From Bacteroidota bacterium (GTDB lineage Bacteria; Bacteroidota; Bacteroidia; Chitinophagales; BACL12), in assembly GCA_029571985.1 (NCBI GenBank), contig JAKQVC010000147.1:13446-77445 (forward strand): a stretch of 64,000 nucleotides of DNA. The letters are read 5' to 3'. The position numbers and the translations under genes are program-made. A model generated the notes under the pieces. The model searched no databases and had not been told where the DNA came from. It saw only the letters and a list, made by a program, of their open reading frames with translations. Numbering within the stretch: position 1 is the first letter of the stretch; each line of letters starts with the position of its first letter. Of this stretch, positions 37,115 to 47,592 are shown one piece after another.

Positions 37115-39793
37115 TTATTCAGATTTCATTATTTGTTTATAATATTCATTCGAGTACTCATCTGTGATATGGACTAGGTAGCAACCCGCAGCCAAATGCG
37201 AAATGTCTATTGCTGAATCAAAATTAGTATTTGTTGAATAAATAACCCCTCCCGTCAGTGATATTATTTCAACATTGAGCGGGACTACTTGACCACTATC
37301 ATAATACTTATTAGCCTTTATTCTGAAGATTGAAGCTGTTGGATTCGGATATATGGAAACATCAGTCCTGTCTTCGCCAGCTAGTTTTTTTGGAATATAG
37401 TATGGCTCAACGGGAATTTTGAAATACCCGATTGTAAATGGGGGTGCGGTGAGGCAACTCCAAGGGTATGATAGTCCGGTGCCGCATTTCGGGTCATTCG
37501 CTTCTGTGATAATTGCAGAATCAAGACCGCTCTCTGTGAGTGCCTTTATTTCGAATGGATTGTCATTTGTGTCGTAACAAACATTTACAAGAGAATCAAA
37601 TAAAGAACTTTTGCCTGACGTAGAATAGAGTTGTTTTGCTTTCATATATGTAACAGTTGCAGGAAAAAAATCAACCCCTAAAGCTCCCGTATATAAGTCA
37701 TCAATATCTCCGGGATTCAATAAAAAATTCTGATAGGTATCTTTTATGTTAGTATAAAAAACATAGACGGTGTCTTTGTCAATATTGATGAATACAGTTG
37801 GATACATATTAAGATTGCTGGTCGCCATGTAAAAATTAGATGGTAAATACTTCAAATTATTTCGATATATCTCACTGATTAAGTATGTAGTGAAATAAGT
37901 TGTTCGTCGAACATGGTATACTCTTTTATCCCAATTTGCATCAAATTCACAATTATCCAAACACGATTGTTGAAAGGGACATGTATCGGTACCGTAATAT
38001 TGGCGTTCAACAGAATTTGACGTTGATACCAAATCTGTGAGGGTCCCTCCAGCAAAATTCTGAACAGTACTATAGGTAAAAAAGTTATTATAAAAATCAT
38101 TATCATGATTGATTCGCACATTCTTGAGCCACCACTGAAATTGTAAATAACCATGCGAGAAAGTGTTCGAAATGGCATCTACTATGGCTGGATCTGCGTC
38201 ATCCGTCGTATCAGCATCGTCATCGAGGCCTTTATTTTCTGTTTTTAAATTCCATTCTGTAACCCAAAGTTCCTTTCGAAAGGCTGAATCTGAAGGAAGG
38301 TCAAAATCAAATTAATGATTAAATTCATCCATGGAGGCCATGTAGGAGGCTGTGTCATTGCGGGTAAGAAACCATTTAAAGCTATTTATTTGATTTCCTA
38401 AACCAGTGAGAGTATCGAAAGTAGGTGTTAGCCTGTTGTCAGCAATATCATACTGCCATAGCGATGCAGAATCGACACAGGTGTCGACTGGGATTAAATA
38501 ATCTAATGGGATTCGTTGCCAGTTATCAGGTTCATAATACGTGTGCATTATCACTGCATCAAATTTATATTTATTTGTTCCAACCACTTTTTCCTTATAT
38601 CGTGTACGCAGCGTATCATTCCACGGTTCTGTAGTTGCACACTCCTAACCAGTTTTAAAAACGAATTCTGGTCCTAGCGGAATACCACAAACGCCGATTT
38701 TATAATTAAACCCTACCCCTGTTTTAAATTCTGTAATAAAATTATGATCACCCCACATATCGAAATCTCCTGTAACATTCTGCAACACATTTTCATTTCC
38801 AGGTAAATTTGTGCCTCCGAGAAATGCATAGTAATCTTCAAACCCGTAAAACTCCATTGCATCACAGAAAAACTCCGCATAGGTTTCGTTACCCATTTCT
38901 ACCCCGATTACGTTCACGTTAGCTACTCCGTTTAATGCTGAACTTCTTAGATAATCAGCAATATCCCGACATTCCTCCGCTCGCTCGCTCAGAATATTTA
39001 AATCAAGTATTACTTTTACAGCAGGCCTACCAGGGTACGTTGAATCGATTTTATGAACGAGTTCAACTAGATCATCTAAGTATCTTCTTGTTTCGCATTG
39101 TTGGGAGTACCACTTATCCCTAAAATTAATATAATGCTCAACATGCTTTGGTTTGATCCAATTACCGAGAGCTCCCGCTCCGTTATTTAAAATAGCGCTG
39201 GAATCCGCAAAAGAGAGAGCATTGTAATCAAAATCCAGTGTATCATCCGTCCAATCAAAATATCTGGCAATTTCAAAAATATCGAATCCATATCCTACAG
39301 AAGGAGTGCCATCTGTATTATGTAAGAGATGTGTGAACTTACTTTATGACCCTGAAGGAAATCGCAATACTTCCGGTGCAAGATCAACTAACCACTGCCA
39401 CCCATACGAGCTTGTTCCGTCATTAGGGAATGTGGAGTTGTCAAACATACCGCCTATATGAATTCCATACTGATTTTGATTTACACCTTTTGTTGCGCCT
39501 CCGAATGTTATATAAATATTTCCGGTCGGTTCAACATCCATCATCATAAGCATTGAATCATGAAGAACATCATAGATTTCAAAAATACTGTCAGCACCAT
39601 CAGCGTAAGAAATGGTATCTCCATACAGGATATCTTCTTCAGGAATAGTGTCTTCATTGGTCATAACACGCAAAGTCATTGAATGAAACTTGGGGTCTCC
39701 ATTCATACTCAGGAGGTACCTGAATGAGATCAGCAATAAAAGGAAATAAAATAGTTTACGGAGGGTTAAACGGGTTGCAGTCTTGGTTCTCAT
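37115..39793 (-). pseudogene. clan GH-A-like glycoside hydrolase with T9SS type A CTD, interrupted by three in-frame stop codons
   Basis: Track ORFs 39344..39793, 38645..38917, 38312..38587 and 37115..38119 are all in one frame, and the gaps between them are open by hand translation. In-frame TAA at 39344-39346, TAG at 38645-38647, TAA at 38312-38314. Signal peptide, LRFPSGS, VIGVEMGNE (acid/base-like), LWVTEWN (nucleophile-like), and CTD VSIYPNPTASIFRI. Confidence 0.75.
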
Positions 39794-39961
39794 TGTTAAG
39801 TGTTTAAGTAATTAAACAACTCATTGTTCTAAATTCAGAATTATACTGAATGCTGTGTTGTTCATGTCACCAGGTAAGTCTTTGTTAGCACCAAAGTTAC
39901 CAATCCATAATCAATATTGTAAACCATGTTAAAAAATTTATATTATTCGTATACATTATTG

Positions 39962-40032
39962 TGAACTTTGGTTGAACTCAGTGGTTGTAAATACGAAACT
40001 TACAAACTGGTTTAAGATGTTCTTCATAGGAT
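39962..40032 (-). repeat. decayed 5' gene fragment, imperfect direct repeat of 36043-36112
   Basis: Identical 17-mer GATGTTCTTCATAGGAT plus TGAACTTTGG and GTGGTTGTAAA blocks. It reads MKNILNQFVSFVFTTTEFNQSSQ*, against MKNIATLF(S)NLLFATNVFAQSSS in the other copy. Confidence 0.55.
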
Positions 40033-40046
40033 TGGATTTTAATTAT

Positions 40047-40682
40047 TCAATAAAGTATTTCATAGTAGGTAGTATCAAATGAGGGGCAATAAATATTTAA
40101 TTCCTCTGATTGTAAATCTCCAGTGGATAAATTTTCCAAAACCCAGATAAAATTTCTATTACAGTTGCCATTTACTGACCCAAGAATATTTGTATCTACA
40201 GAATAGGCATTGAGAGTTATCAATGATTCGAATGGGGATAATCGCAACTCATGTTCTTCCATATAAGGTTCTGCATCCAATAAATATATGTTCAACCAAG
40301 CCACCGGATTCAACAACACCTCCACATTGTTCCCGTTTTTTGTATCCTCATCGACAGAAAACTCCTGATTGAGGTCAAAGTAGAGCGATTTTTCTGCCCC
40401 GCATAAGTATCTGTAGTCTTTATCGTAGTCGAACAAGAATGAAAAATTCCCATTAGCGTCGGAGGTAGTATAGTCAATTTGCTCAGAAGGCCCGCCACCG
40501 TTCCAGATATCGCCATCGCCAATTTCGTTTTGCATCAAAAAGACATCAGCATTTGCAATAGGTTCGCCGGTTGTAGCGTCTTTTACTACACCAATGATGC
40601 TTCCTGTTTTTATAAGGGGTTTTTCACAGGAAGCCATACTGAATACGACTAAAAGCCAGAAAGAATGATATACAGCTTTCAT
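40047..40682 (-). CDS. hypothetical lipoprotein with carboxypeptidase-regulatory-like domain
   Basis: Lipobox FSMASC. GSIIGVVKDATTGEPIANADVFL is typical of the CarboxypepD_reg fold. Confidence 0.55.
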   Translation of the reverse strand: MKAVYHSFWLLVVFSMASCEKPLIKTGSIIGVVKDATTGEPIANADVFLMQNEIGDGDIWNGGGPSEQIDYTTSDANGNFSFLFDYDKDYRYLCGAEKSLYFDLNQEFSVDEDTKNGNNVEVLLNPVAWLNIYLLDAEPYMEEHELRLSPFESLITLNAYSVDTNILGSVNGNCNRNFIWVLENLSTGDLQSEELNIYCPSFDTTYYEILY

Positions 40683-40957
40683 GTTTTTTAGGGTTTATCT
40701 ATTAAAGATATAGGAAATCGTATACATGCAGGCAAAATTTGAGTAAAATTGTTGTGTTTACAGGTGCAATTTCCGCGTCCTGATAAATGCTAATCTGCAT
40801 TGTAAATTATCTAAGTTGGCAGCGGAGAGGGTATTCGGTCAATCCAATTCCAATCCTCGTTGTGATGGTATCTATGAATGGGGTTTTCCATTCTAGTATC
40901 CGTATAGAAATTAAAACGGGGTTGACTTGAGTCATACAATAAATGCCGGGTAGTTCG

Positions 40958-40965
40958 TAGTTTTG
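40958..40965 (+). promoter_or_regulatory. candidate -7 box (TAnnTTTG) for kpsF
   Basis: TAGTTTTG lies 24 nt upstream of the ATG at 40990. Confidence 0.45.
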
Positions 40966-40989
40966 TGATAACGTCAATCACCCACCTGT

Positions 40990-41946
40990 ATGTCACATCT
41001 GCACATCGCCAAAAATGTACTATTATTTGAATCTGAACAGATTCGAAGAACAATGGATCATTTAGATGATACATTTAATCAGGCTGTGGATGCTATATTA
41101 AGGGCAAAAGGCAAGGTGGTTATTTGCGGAATTGGAAAATCCGGAGCAGTAGCTCAAAAAATTACAGCAACACTGTGCAGCACAGGCACGCCTGCAGTTT
41201 TTTTACACGCGGCCGAAGCAGCGCATGGAGATCTTGGGGTATATGCTGATGGTGATCCGGTATTGATGATTTCGAAAAGCGGTACCACAGAAGAAATGTT
41301 GCGATTGATACCGTTTTTTATTGAAGCAAAAAGCCCTGTTATTGCCATTGTTGGAAATTTGAATAGTCCCATCGGCAGAAGTGCAACATATGTACTAGAT
41401 GGCACCGTGGAGAAAGAAGCAGATGCCCTTAACCTCGCACCAACCGCTTCTACAACGGTGGCATTAGCCTTAGGCGACGCGCTTGCTGTAGCGTTAATGC
41501 ATGCACGTGGATTTACAGAAAAAGATTTTGCGCGTTTTCATCCCGGCGGACAATTAGGCAAAAACCTGATGCTGAAGGTGGAGGATGTTATGCATGAGTA
41601 CCCTTTAATCGCACACGTAGCCGAAACGAATACCTTCAGAGAATTAATTTTGGCAATGACCAAATATAATTTAGGTGCAGCATGTGTGGTAGATGATCAA
41701 CAGCGGCTGATTGGCTTGGTAACGGACGGTGATGTGCGCAGAAGTTTATTGCGTGATGCAGATATGAGCAGTTTAACCGTATCGGCCATTATGACCAGAA
41801 ATCCGATAAAAATTCACACACATGCCACTTTGAAAGAGGCTGTGGATTTAATGGAAAATCGCACTTCACAATTATCGGTTTTACCGGTGGTGGAGGGAGA
41901 AACATGTATGGGACTCATCCGCATACATGATATCTATCAAAGCTGA
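40990..41946 (+). CDS. kpsF: KpsF/GutQ family arabinose-5-phosphate isomerase
   Basis: SIS domain VVICGIGKSGAVAQK, GGQLGK, and a tandem CBS pair at the C-terminus. Confidence 0.88.
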   Translation: MSHLHIAKNVLLFESEQIRRTMDHLDDTFNQAVDAILRAKGKVVICGIGKSGAVAQKITATLCSTGTPAVFLHAAEAAHGDLGVYADGDPVLMISKSGTTEEMLRLIPFFIEAKSPVIAIVGNLNSPIGRSATYVLDGTVEKEADALNLAPTASTTVALALGDALAVALMHARGFTEKDFARFHPGGQLGKNLMLKVEDVMHEYPLIAHVAETNTFRELILAMTKYNLGAACVVDDQQRLIGLVTDGDVRRSLLRDADMSSLTVSAIMTRNPIKIHTHATLKEAVDLMENRTSQLSVLPVVEGETCMGLIRIHDIYQS

Positions 41947-42441
41947 TTATTCGAAGGAAATTAAAATAAATCCTTTCTCAACACTCATACCTTTGGTAGC
42001 AGCTACGGATTTTACTTTGCCGTCGCCAGGGCTTTTTAGCACGTTTTCCATTTTCATGGCTTCCAGCACGATAACCGGGTCGCCTTTTTTAACCGTATCA
42101 CCTGGTTGAACACGCACATCAATGACCAATCCAGGCATGGGGGCTTTCAGGTCTGCCGCTTTTGAAAGCGCATCTTTGCCAAAACCCATCTGCTCCATTA
42201 AAGCATCAAACTTGTCTTTTACCGCTATCTCATAGGCATGGCCATTCACCTTTATGGTCATCGTTTTTGCAGTGCGGTCAATAGCAGCAACTTCTATCGA
42301 ATATCCCTTGCCATTCGTTAAAATGTGGTAAAATCGGTTATCCAGCCTTAAAACATCAGCTAAGATTTCCTGTCCGTTGATGGTATTGCCTTCAACTGTA
42401 TAAACTTGTGTGCCGTTAACGGTTACTGAGTACTGTGACAT
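41947..42441 (-). CDS. biotin/lipoyl-attachment domain protein (biotin carboxyl carrier-like)
   Basis: C-terminal VIVLEAMKMENVLKSP biotinylation motif. I chose the ATG at 42441; the track ORF starts at a TTG at 42447. Confidence 0.8.
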   Translation of the reverse strand: MSQYSVTVNGTQVYTVEGNTINGQEILADVLRLDNRFYHILTNGKGYSIEVAAIDRTAKTMTIKVNGHAYEIAVKDKFDALMEQMGFGKDALSKAADLKAPMPGLVIDVRVQPGDTVKKGDPVIVLEAMKMENVLKSPGDGKVKSVAATKGMSVEKGFILISFE

Positions 42442-42524
42442 ATGCAAAAGACCCTTTGTGGCGTTAAAGATAGTATGGAATCCGTAACTTTAAGCCTCTA
42501 AATTCAATAAGCCAAACCACAACT

Positions 42525-45188
42525 ATGAAATATTTTGGAACTCTGGCAGTTGCACTGACTGCTGTTTTGTTTTATCAGTGCGATCCGGTAAATAAAGTAT
42601 ATCAGGGCCCTGAATATCAGGGGGCTATTGATACAGTCAACAACAATTATCTTTCCTACGAAAACGAATATCCGGAAGGAGATTACGATGCTGAGTACGA
42701 TTATGAATATAGTAACGATACGGCGGCAAGTCCTTATCGTGAAGGATATTACAGGTCAACCACAAAGCGTGAACAAGACTTATTACACACCAAACTGGAA
42801 GTAAGCTTCGACTGGGCGAAAGCCTGGATGTACGGAAAGGCTTCCCTTACGTTTAAACCGTATTTCTACCCCACTTCAACACTTACCCTAGATGCGAAAG
42901 GTTTTGAGGTGCGTGAAGTGAGCATGGTGACACCTACGGGTAAAACTCCGCTTAAATATCAGTACAACACGGATACTATTCCGGATACCATGCAAATGGT
43001 AATCGATCTGGGCAGAACCTTCACGCGAAATGAGCAGTTCACAATTTTTATTGATTATATCGCGAAACCAAATACGCTTCCATCAGGTGGAAGTGCTGCC
43101 ATCACAGAGGATAAGGGTTTGTATTTCATCAATAACGATGGCAAAGACCCTAATAAACCGATGCAAATCTGGACTCAAGGTGAAACGGAGTCTACCTCTT
43201 GCTGGTGCCCGACTATTGATAAACCAAACGAGCGTTGCACGGCTGATTTTTATATCACCATTGATGATGCATACCAGACCCTGTCAAATGGTGTGCTCGT
43301 ATCATCCAAGCAAAATGCAAATGGCACCAGAACCGATAATTGGAAAATGGATTTACCTCATGCACCATATTTATTTATGATGGCTATCGGAAAATATGCC
43401 GTTGTCAAAGATACATGGAAGGGTATGCAGGTAAATTATTATGTGGAAAAAGAATACGAACAGGATGCCCGCGCTATTTTTGGTAATACACCTGAAATGA
43501 TTCAATTCTACAGCGATAGGCTGGGTGTTAAATATGCCTGGCCAAAGTACAGCCAGATAGTAGTTCGTGATTATGTGAGTGGCGCAATGGAGAATACAAC
43601 AGCTACCATCCATGGCGAATTCCTGCAACAACATAAGCGCGAGCTGCTTGACGAAAATTATGAAGATGTTGTTTCTCACGAATTATTCCACCAATGGTTT
43701 GGCGATTTAGTTACCTGCGAAAGCTGGAGCAACATTCCGTTAAACGAATCGTTTGCCACCTATGGCGAATACCTGTGGCGTGAGTATAAATATGGCAGAG
43801 ATGATGCTGATTATTTAGGTTGGAACGATTTGCAAACCTATATGGGCGAATCCGGCTATAAGCAGGTTGATTTGATTCGCTTTAATTACGAAACACGCGA
43901 AGATATGTTCGATTCTCACTCCTACGCAAAAGGCGGTCGCGTGCTGCACATGTTGCGTAAATATCTGGGTGATGATGCTTTCTTCGCCGGCTTGAATTTA
44001 TATCTGGAAGACAATAAATTTCAAAGCGTTGAAATACATAATCTCCGCCTGGCCATGGAAGAGGTTTCTGGTGAAGATTTAAATTGGTTCTTTAATCAGT
44101 GGTTCCTGGCTTCCGGTCATCCAGATTTGAGTTTCTATTACGACTGGTATGATGATACAGATGAATTAACCATTACAGTATATCAAACGCAGGACACGAC
44201 AACAACACCTATTTATATATTGCCTATGGCAGTAGATATTTATGCCGATGGTAAAGTTGACCGCAAAATGATTGTTGTAGATAAAGCCATACAATCGTTT
44301 ACATTCAATTACGCTGTTCAACCGGACCTCGTGAATATGGATGCTGAGAAAATGTTACTGGCCAATATTTATGATGATAAGTCTCTCGATGCTTATGTAT
44401 TCCAATATAATCATGCCCCACTGTTAAGAGACCGTGCCGAGGCTTTGGAACATTTGGCCGAACATCAGTCAGAGCTGCCACATGTGCAGGCTGTTTTTGC
44501 GAGTGCGCTTAATGATAAATATTGGTCTGTTCGCCAGTTTGCGGTTGATACCATCTGGATTGATCAATACACTTCGCAAGAAGTAAAGAATAAAATTATC
44601 GACATGGCACAGCACGATCCGCGTAGCTATGTGCGCTCATCTGCATTGGCGCGTTTGAAAGATATCACAGGTATCGATGCCTGGAGTATTTATAACAATG
44701 CCTTAAATGACAGTAGCTATACGGTAATGGCTACCGCTTTATCCATGATTTATCAGAACGATAAAAAAGTTGGTCTTGAACTGGCGCGTAAGTATAAATC
44801 GATTGATAATTATAATCTTGATCAATCGGTTATGGGTATCATTGGCGAAAGCGGAGATGCGATTGATAATGCGTATTTCATAGATAAATTCAAAAAGGCA
44901 AGCGGTTTCGATGCGTATTTTGTTATGTTATATTATGAATCATTCATTTTGCGCCAGACAGATTCTTATGTGATTCAACCTGGTGTTGATGAATTGAAAA
45001 AGATTGCCTACGATTTAGATAATTTCTGGATGGCCTTTACAGCAAGTGGTTTGCTCAGTAGCATGGCAACTACCTATCAGGAGAAGTTGCAAACTGAAAC
45101 TGACCCGCAAATTCAAAAATCACTGCAGGCAGCTGTTGATTATGTAAATAAAGCTATGGAAGAGTTGGGCAGCAGCTCTGATTATTAA
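42525..45188 (+). CDS. M1 family metallopeptidase (aminopeptidase N-like), lipoprotein
   Basis: GAMEN motif (SGAMENTT), HELFHQWFGDLV with a downstream E in NESFATY, and a lipobox-like LFYQC. Confidence 0.88.
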   Translation: MKYFGTLAVALTAVLFYQCDPVNKVYQGPEYQGAIDTVNNNYLSYENEYPEGDYDAEYDYEYSNDTAASPYREGYYRSTTKREQDLLHTKLEVSFDWAKAWMYGKASLTFKPYFYPTSTLTLDAKGFEVREVSMVTPTGKTPLKYQYNTDTIPDTMQMVIDLGRTFTRNEQFTIFIDYIAKPNTLPSGGSAAITEDKGLYFINNDGKDPNKPMQIWTQGETESTSCWCPTIDKPNERCTADFYITIDDAYQTLSNGVLVSSKQNANGTRTDNWKMDLPHAPYLFMMAIGKYAVVKDTWKGMQVNYYVEKEYEQDARAIFGNTPEMIQFYSDRLGVKYAWPKYSQIVVRDYVSGAMENTTATIHGEFLQQHKRELLDENYEDVVSHELFHQWFGDLVTCESWSNIPLNESFATYGEYLWREYKYGRDDADYLGWNDLQTYMGESGYKQVDLIRFNYETREDMFDSHSYAKGGRVLHMLRKYLGDDAFFAGLNLYLEDNKFQSVEIHNLRLAMEEVSGEDLNWFFNQWFLASGHPDLSFYYDWYDDTDELTITVYQTQDTTTTPIYILPMAVDIYADGKVDRKMIVVDKAIQSFTFNYAVQPDLVNMDAEKMLLANIYDDKSLDAYVFQYNHAPLLRDRAEALEHLAEHQSELPHVQAVFASALNDKYWSVRQFAVDTIWIDQYTSQEVKNKIIDMAQHDPRSYVRSSALARLKDITGIDAWSIYNNALNDSSYTVMATALSMIYQNDKKVGLELARKYKSIDNYNLDQSVMGIIGESGDAIDNAYFIDKFKKASGFDAYFVMLYYESFILRQTDSYVIQPGVDELKKIAYDLDNFWMAFTASGLLSSMATTYQEKLQTETDPQIQKSLQAAVDYVNKAMEELGSSSDY

Positions 45189-45204
45189 TTAGACATTTGC
45201 TGTT

Positions 45205-45247
45205 AAAAGAAACGGTGTGTTGAATCTCAACACACCGTTTCTTTTTT
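45205..45247. terminator. bidirectional rho-independent terminator
   Basis: AAAAGAAACGGTGTGTTGA-atc-TCAACACACCGTTTCTTTTTT lies between convergent genes. Confidence 0.75.
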
Positions 45248-45304
45248 AATGATTTTTAAATCAGTGGGCGCCGTGTATATATGTATTAATCGGCACTACA
45301 TCCA

Positions 45305-47122
45305 TCAAAACGCCTGCATCTCCACCAATCGTGCATACAATCCGTTTTTGGCAATTAATGCATTGTGATTTCCGCGTTCAACAATCCTGCCTTCCTGCAT
45401 AACAATAATATCATCTGCAAATTGAATCGTGGAAAGCCTGTGTGCAATGACAATCGAAGTTCTGTTGCGCATGAGTTTGAACAATGCATCCTGAACTAAC
45501 TTTTCATTTTCTGTATCCAGCGAAGAAGTGGCTTCATCCAAAATAAGTATGGGTGGATTTTTATAAATTGCTCGCGCGATAGTTATCCGCTGACGTTCAC
45601 CCCCGCTGAGTTTTGAACCTCTGTCGCCAATGATTGTTTGATACCCGTTTTCCAATCGCATGATAAATTCATGTGCATTAGCCACCTTCGCAGCGCGAAT
45701 CACGTCTTCCTCCTGCGCATGATCAATACCAAAGGCAATATTATTGAACACCGTATCATTAAATAAAATGGATTCCTGTGTTACAATACCTAAAAGATTG
45801 CGCAAACTGCTTACACGCAATTGACGTACATCTATTCCATCAATGGTGATTGAACCGGATGTTACATCGTGATACCTGGCTAATAAATCAGCAAAAGTGG
45901 ATTTGCCGGAGCCTGATGGTCCTACAAGGGCAACCATTCTTCCTTTGCCAATGGCGATGTTTATGTTTTGTAAAACGGGGTTTTCGCCATAAGCAAATTG
46001 CACATCAGTATAGCGAACCTCCTGTTCAAATGACTTAATATTGGTTGCGTGCAACTCTTCTTTTATTTGTACCTCGGCATTCATGATGGCCTCAATGCGA
46101 TCTAAAGAAGCGATACCGCGCTGGATATAAAAATAGGAGTTGGCCACATTTCGCGCAGGGCCAAGCATATTGGCAAACACTAAAATGTAACCGAGAAACA
46201 GCTCGGCTGTCAACCCGCCTTCGTTTCGTAAAATAATACTTCCCCCAAAATATAAAAGAGCTGCAACTACCGTAACACTTAAAAATTCAATGAGCGGACT
46301 GGCAACATTCCATCTGCGGTGAGCACTAGTAGATAAATGTTCAAGATGTTTATTCTCCCGTAAAAATTTACCTTTTTGATAACGCTCGGCATTAAACGCT
46401 TTAATAATTCGAACACCGGATAATGACTCTTCAAAAAGCGACATTAAATATCCCAGCTGACTTTGTTCTTTCTGAGATTTTCTTTTGAGCGACTTGCCAA
46501 TACGACCTATCATAAAACCCGCAACAGGCAGTAATAACAACACAAATACGGTTAACTCCAGACTGATGACAAACATGGCGATTAAAAAGCAAATCATGGT
46601 AACCGGGTCGCGGAAAGTTGACTCGATGGTGTTCATGATACTGTTTTCAACTTCTTTAACATCTGTGCTCATGCGGGCGATGATATCACCTTTGCGTTTT
46701 TCGCTGAAGTACGAAATGGGTAATTGTAATATTTTGTCGTAAACACCCTGACGCAATTCGCGCACAATTCCTGTTCTAAGTGGAGCTAAATAATACAGGG
46801 CCAGATAGCGGCAAATGTTTTTTAATAAAAACATGACAATAACCGCTAAACACACGATGAGAAGACCATTAAAAGCACCATTTTTATCTACATACGCCGC
46901 GAACTGGAAATTCAGATACGACATGATGTCGCGTATGTTCCAGCTTAACTCAGGCTTTTGTGTGGGTGGTTCAACTAATTTGAAGATGATTTGGAGGAAC
47001 GGAATCACCATCAATATGGAAAACAAATTGAAAAATGCGTAAAACAGGTTGAATACGAAGTTTAACACCGCGTAGTTCTTAAACCGCCCCACATACTTCA
47101 AAATCCGCAAATAGCTGTTCAT
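45305..47122 (-). CDS. ABC transporter, fused permease/ATP-binding protein (MsbA-like exporter)
   Basis: Six predicted TM segments, Walker A GPSGSGKST, signature LSGGERQR, and Walker B ILILDEATS. Confidence 0.88.
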   Translation of the reverse strand: MNSYLRILKYVGRFKNYAVLNFVFNLFYAFFNLFSILMVIPFLQIIFKLVEPPTQKPELSWNIRDIMSYLNFQFAAYVDKNGAFNGLLIVCLAVIVMFLLKNICRYLALYYLAPLRTGIVRELRQGVYDKILQLPISYFSEKRKGDIIARMSTDVKEVENSIMNTIESTFRDPVTMICFLIAMFVISLELTVFVLLLLPVAGFMIGRIGKSLKRKSQKEQSQLGYLMSLFEESLSGVRIIKAFNAERYQKGKFLRENKHLEHLSTSAHRRWNVASPLIEFLSVTVVAALLYFGGSIILRNEGGLTAELFLGYILVFANMLGPARNVANSYFYIQRGIASLDRIEAIMNAEVQIKEELHATNIKSFEQEVRYTDVQFAYGENPVLQNINIAIGKGRMVALVGPSGSGKSTFADLLARYHDVTSGSITIDGIDVRQLRVSSLRNLLGIVTQESILFNDTVFNNIAFGIDHAQEEDVIRAAKVANAHEFIMRLENGYQTIIGDRGSKLSGGERQRITIARAIYKNPPILILDEATSSLDTENEKLVQDALFKLMRNRTSIVIAHRLSTIQFADDIIVMQEGRIVERGNHNALIAKNGLYARLVEMQAF

Positions 47123-47223
47123 AAGCCGACAAATTTACAAAAAACGCAGGTGGCAGCCCCTGAAATGAAACCTGATGCCTGGGTTTGGCGTTGTAAAGTG
47201 GAAAGACCGTAACTTAGCAGGCT

Positions 47224-47580
47224 ATGGACAGCAGAAGACAGAAAAAGATAGGCCAAATGATCCAGGATGAAATGGGCGCCTTTCTGCAACGGGAAGGGGC
47301 TAACTACTATGGTAGCCGTTTCGTGACTGTAACCGATGCTCAGGTGACCCCCGACCTGCAAGTCTGCCGCATTTTTGTGAGCGTATTAGATAAAGATCAG
47401 GGCACGATAGTGGTTGATGCCCTGAACAGCCATATCAAAGATATCCGCAAGCGCTTCGGAAATTTGATGCGCAGAAATCTGCGCATAATCCCGGATATTA
47501 CATTCTTCCTGGATGATACACTTGACCAGGTTTTCCGACTTGAGGAAATCTTCAAGCAAAACAAAAAAGCTGAAGAATAA
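47224..47580 (+). CDS. rbfA: ribosome-binding factor A
   Basis: 118 aa with RQKKIGQMIQDEM...VTVTDAQVTPDLQVCRIFVS...IPDITFFLDD, typical of RbfA. Confidence 0.85.
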   Translation: MDSRRQKKIGQMIQDEMGAFLQREGANYYGSRFVTVTDAQVTPDLQVCRIFVSVLDKDQGTIVVDALNSHIKDIRKRFGNLMRRNLRIIPDITFFLDDTLDQVFRLEEIFKQNKKAEE

Positions 47581-47592
47581 CAGCCTGTTGCC

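Noticed and set aside
37115-39793. Alternative genetic code (TAA/TAG reassigned) as an explanation for the in-frame stops
   Set aside because: Conserved housekeeping genes in the same window end at their expected lengths on TAA (ftsH, pafA), TAG (lpxH) and TGA (gltX, kpsF), so all three codons function as stops here.
41944-41949. kpsF stop (TGA) and the stop of the convergent biotin-carrier gene (TTA on the plus strand) are directly abutting, with no terminator between them
   Set aside because: It is real in the sequence but is a common compact-genome arrangement. I have no evidence for a functional consequence.
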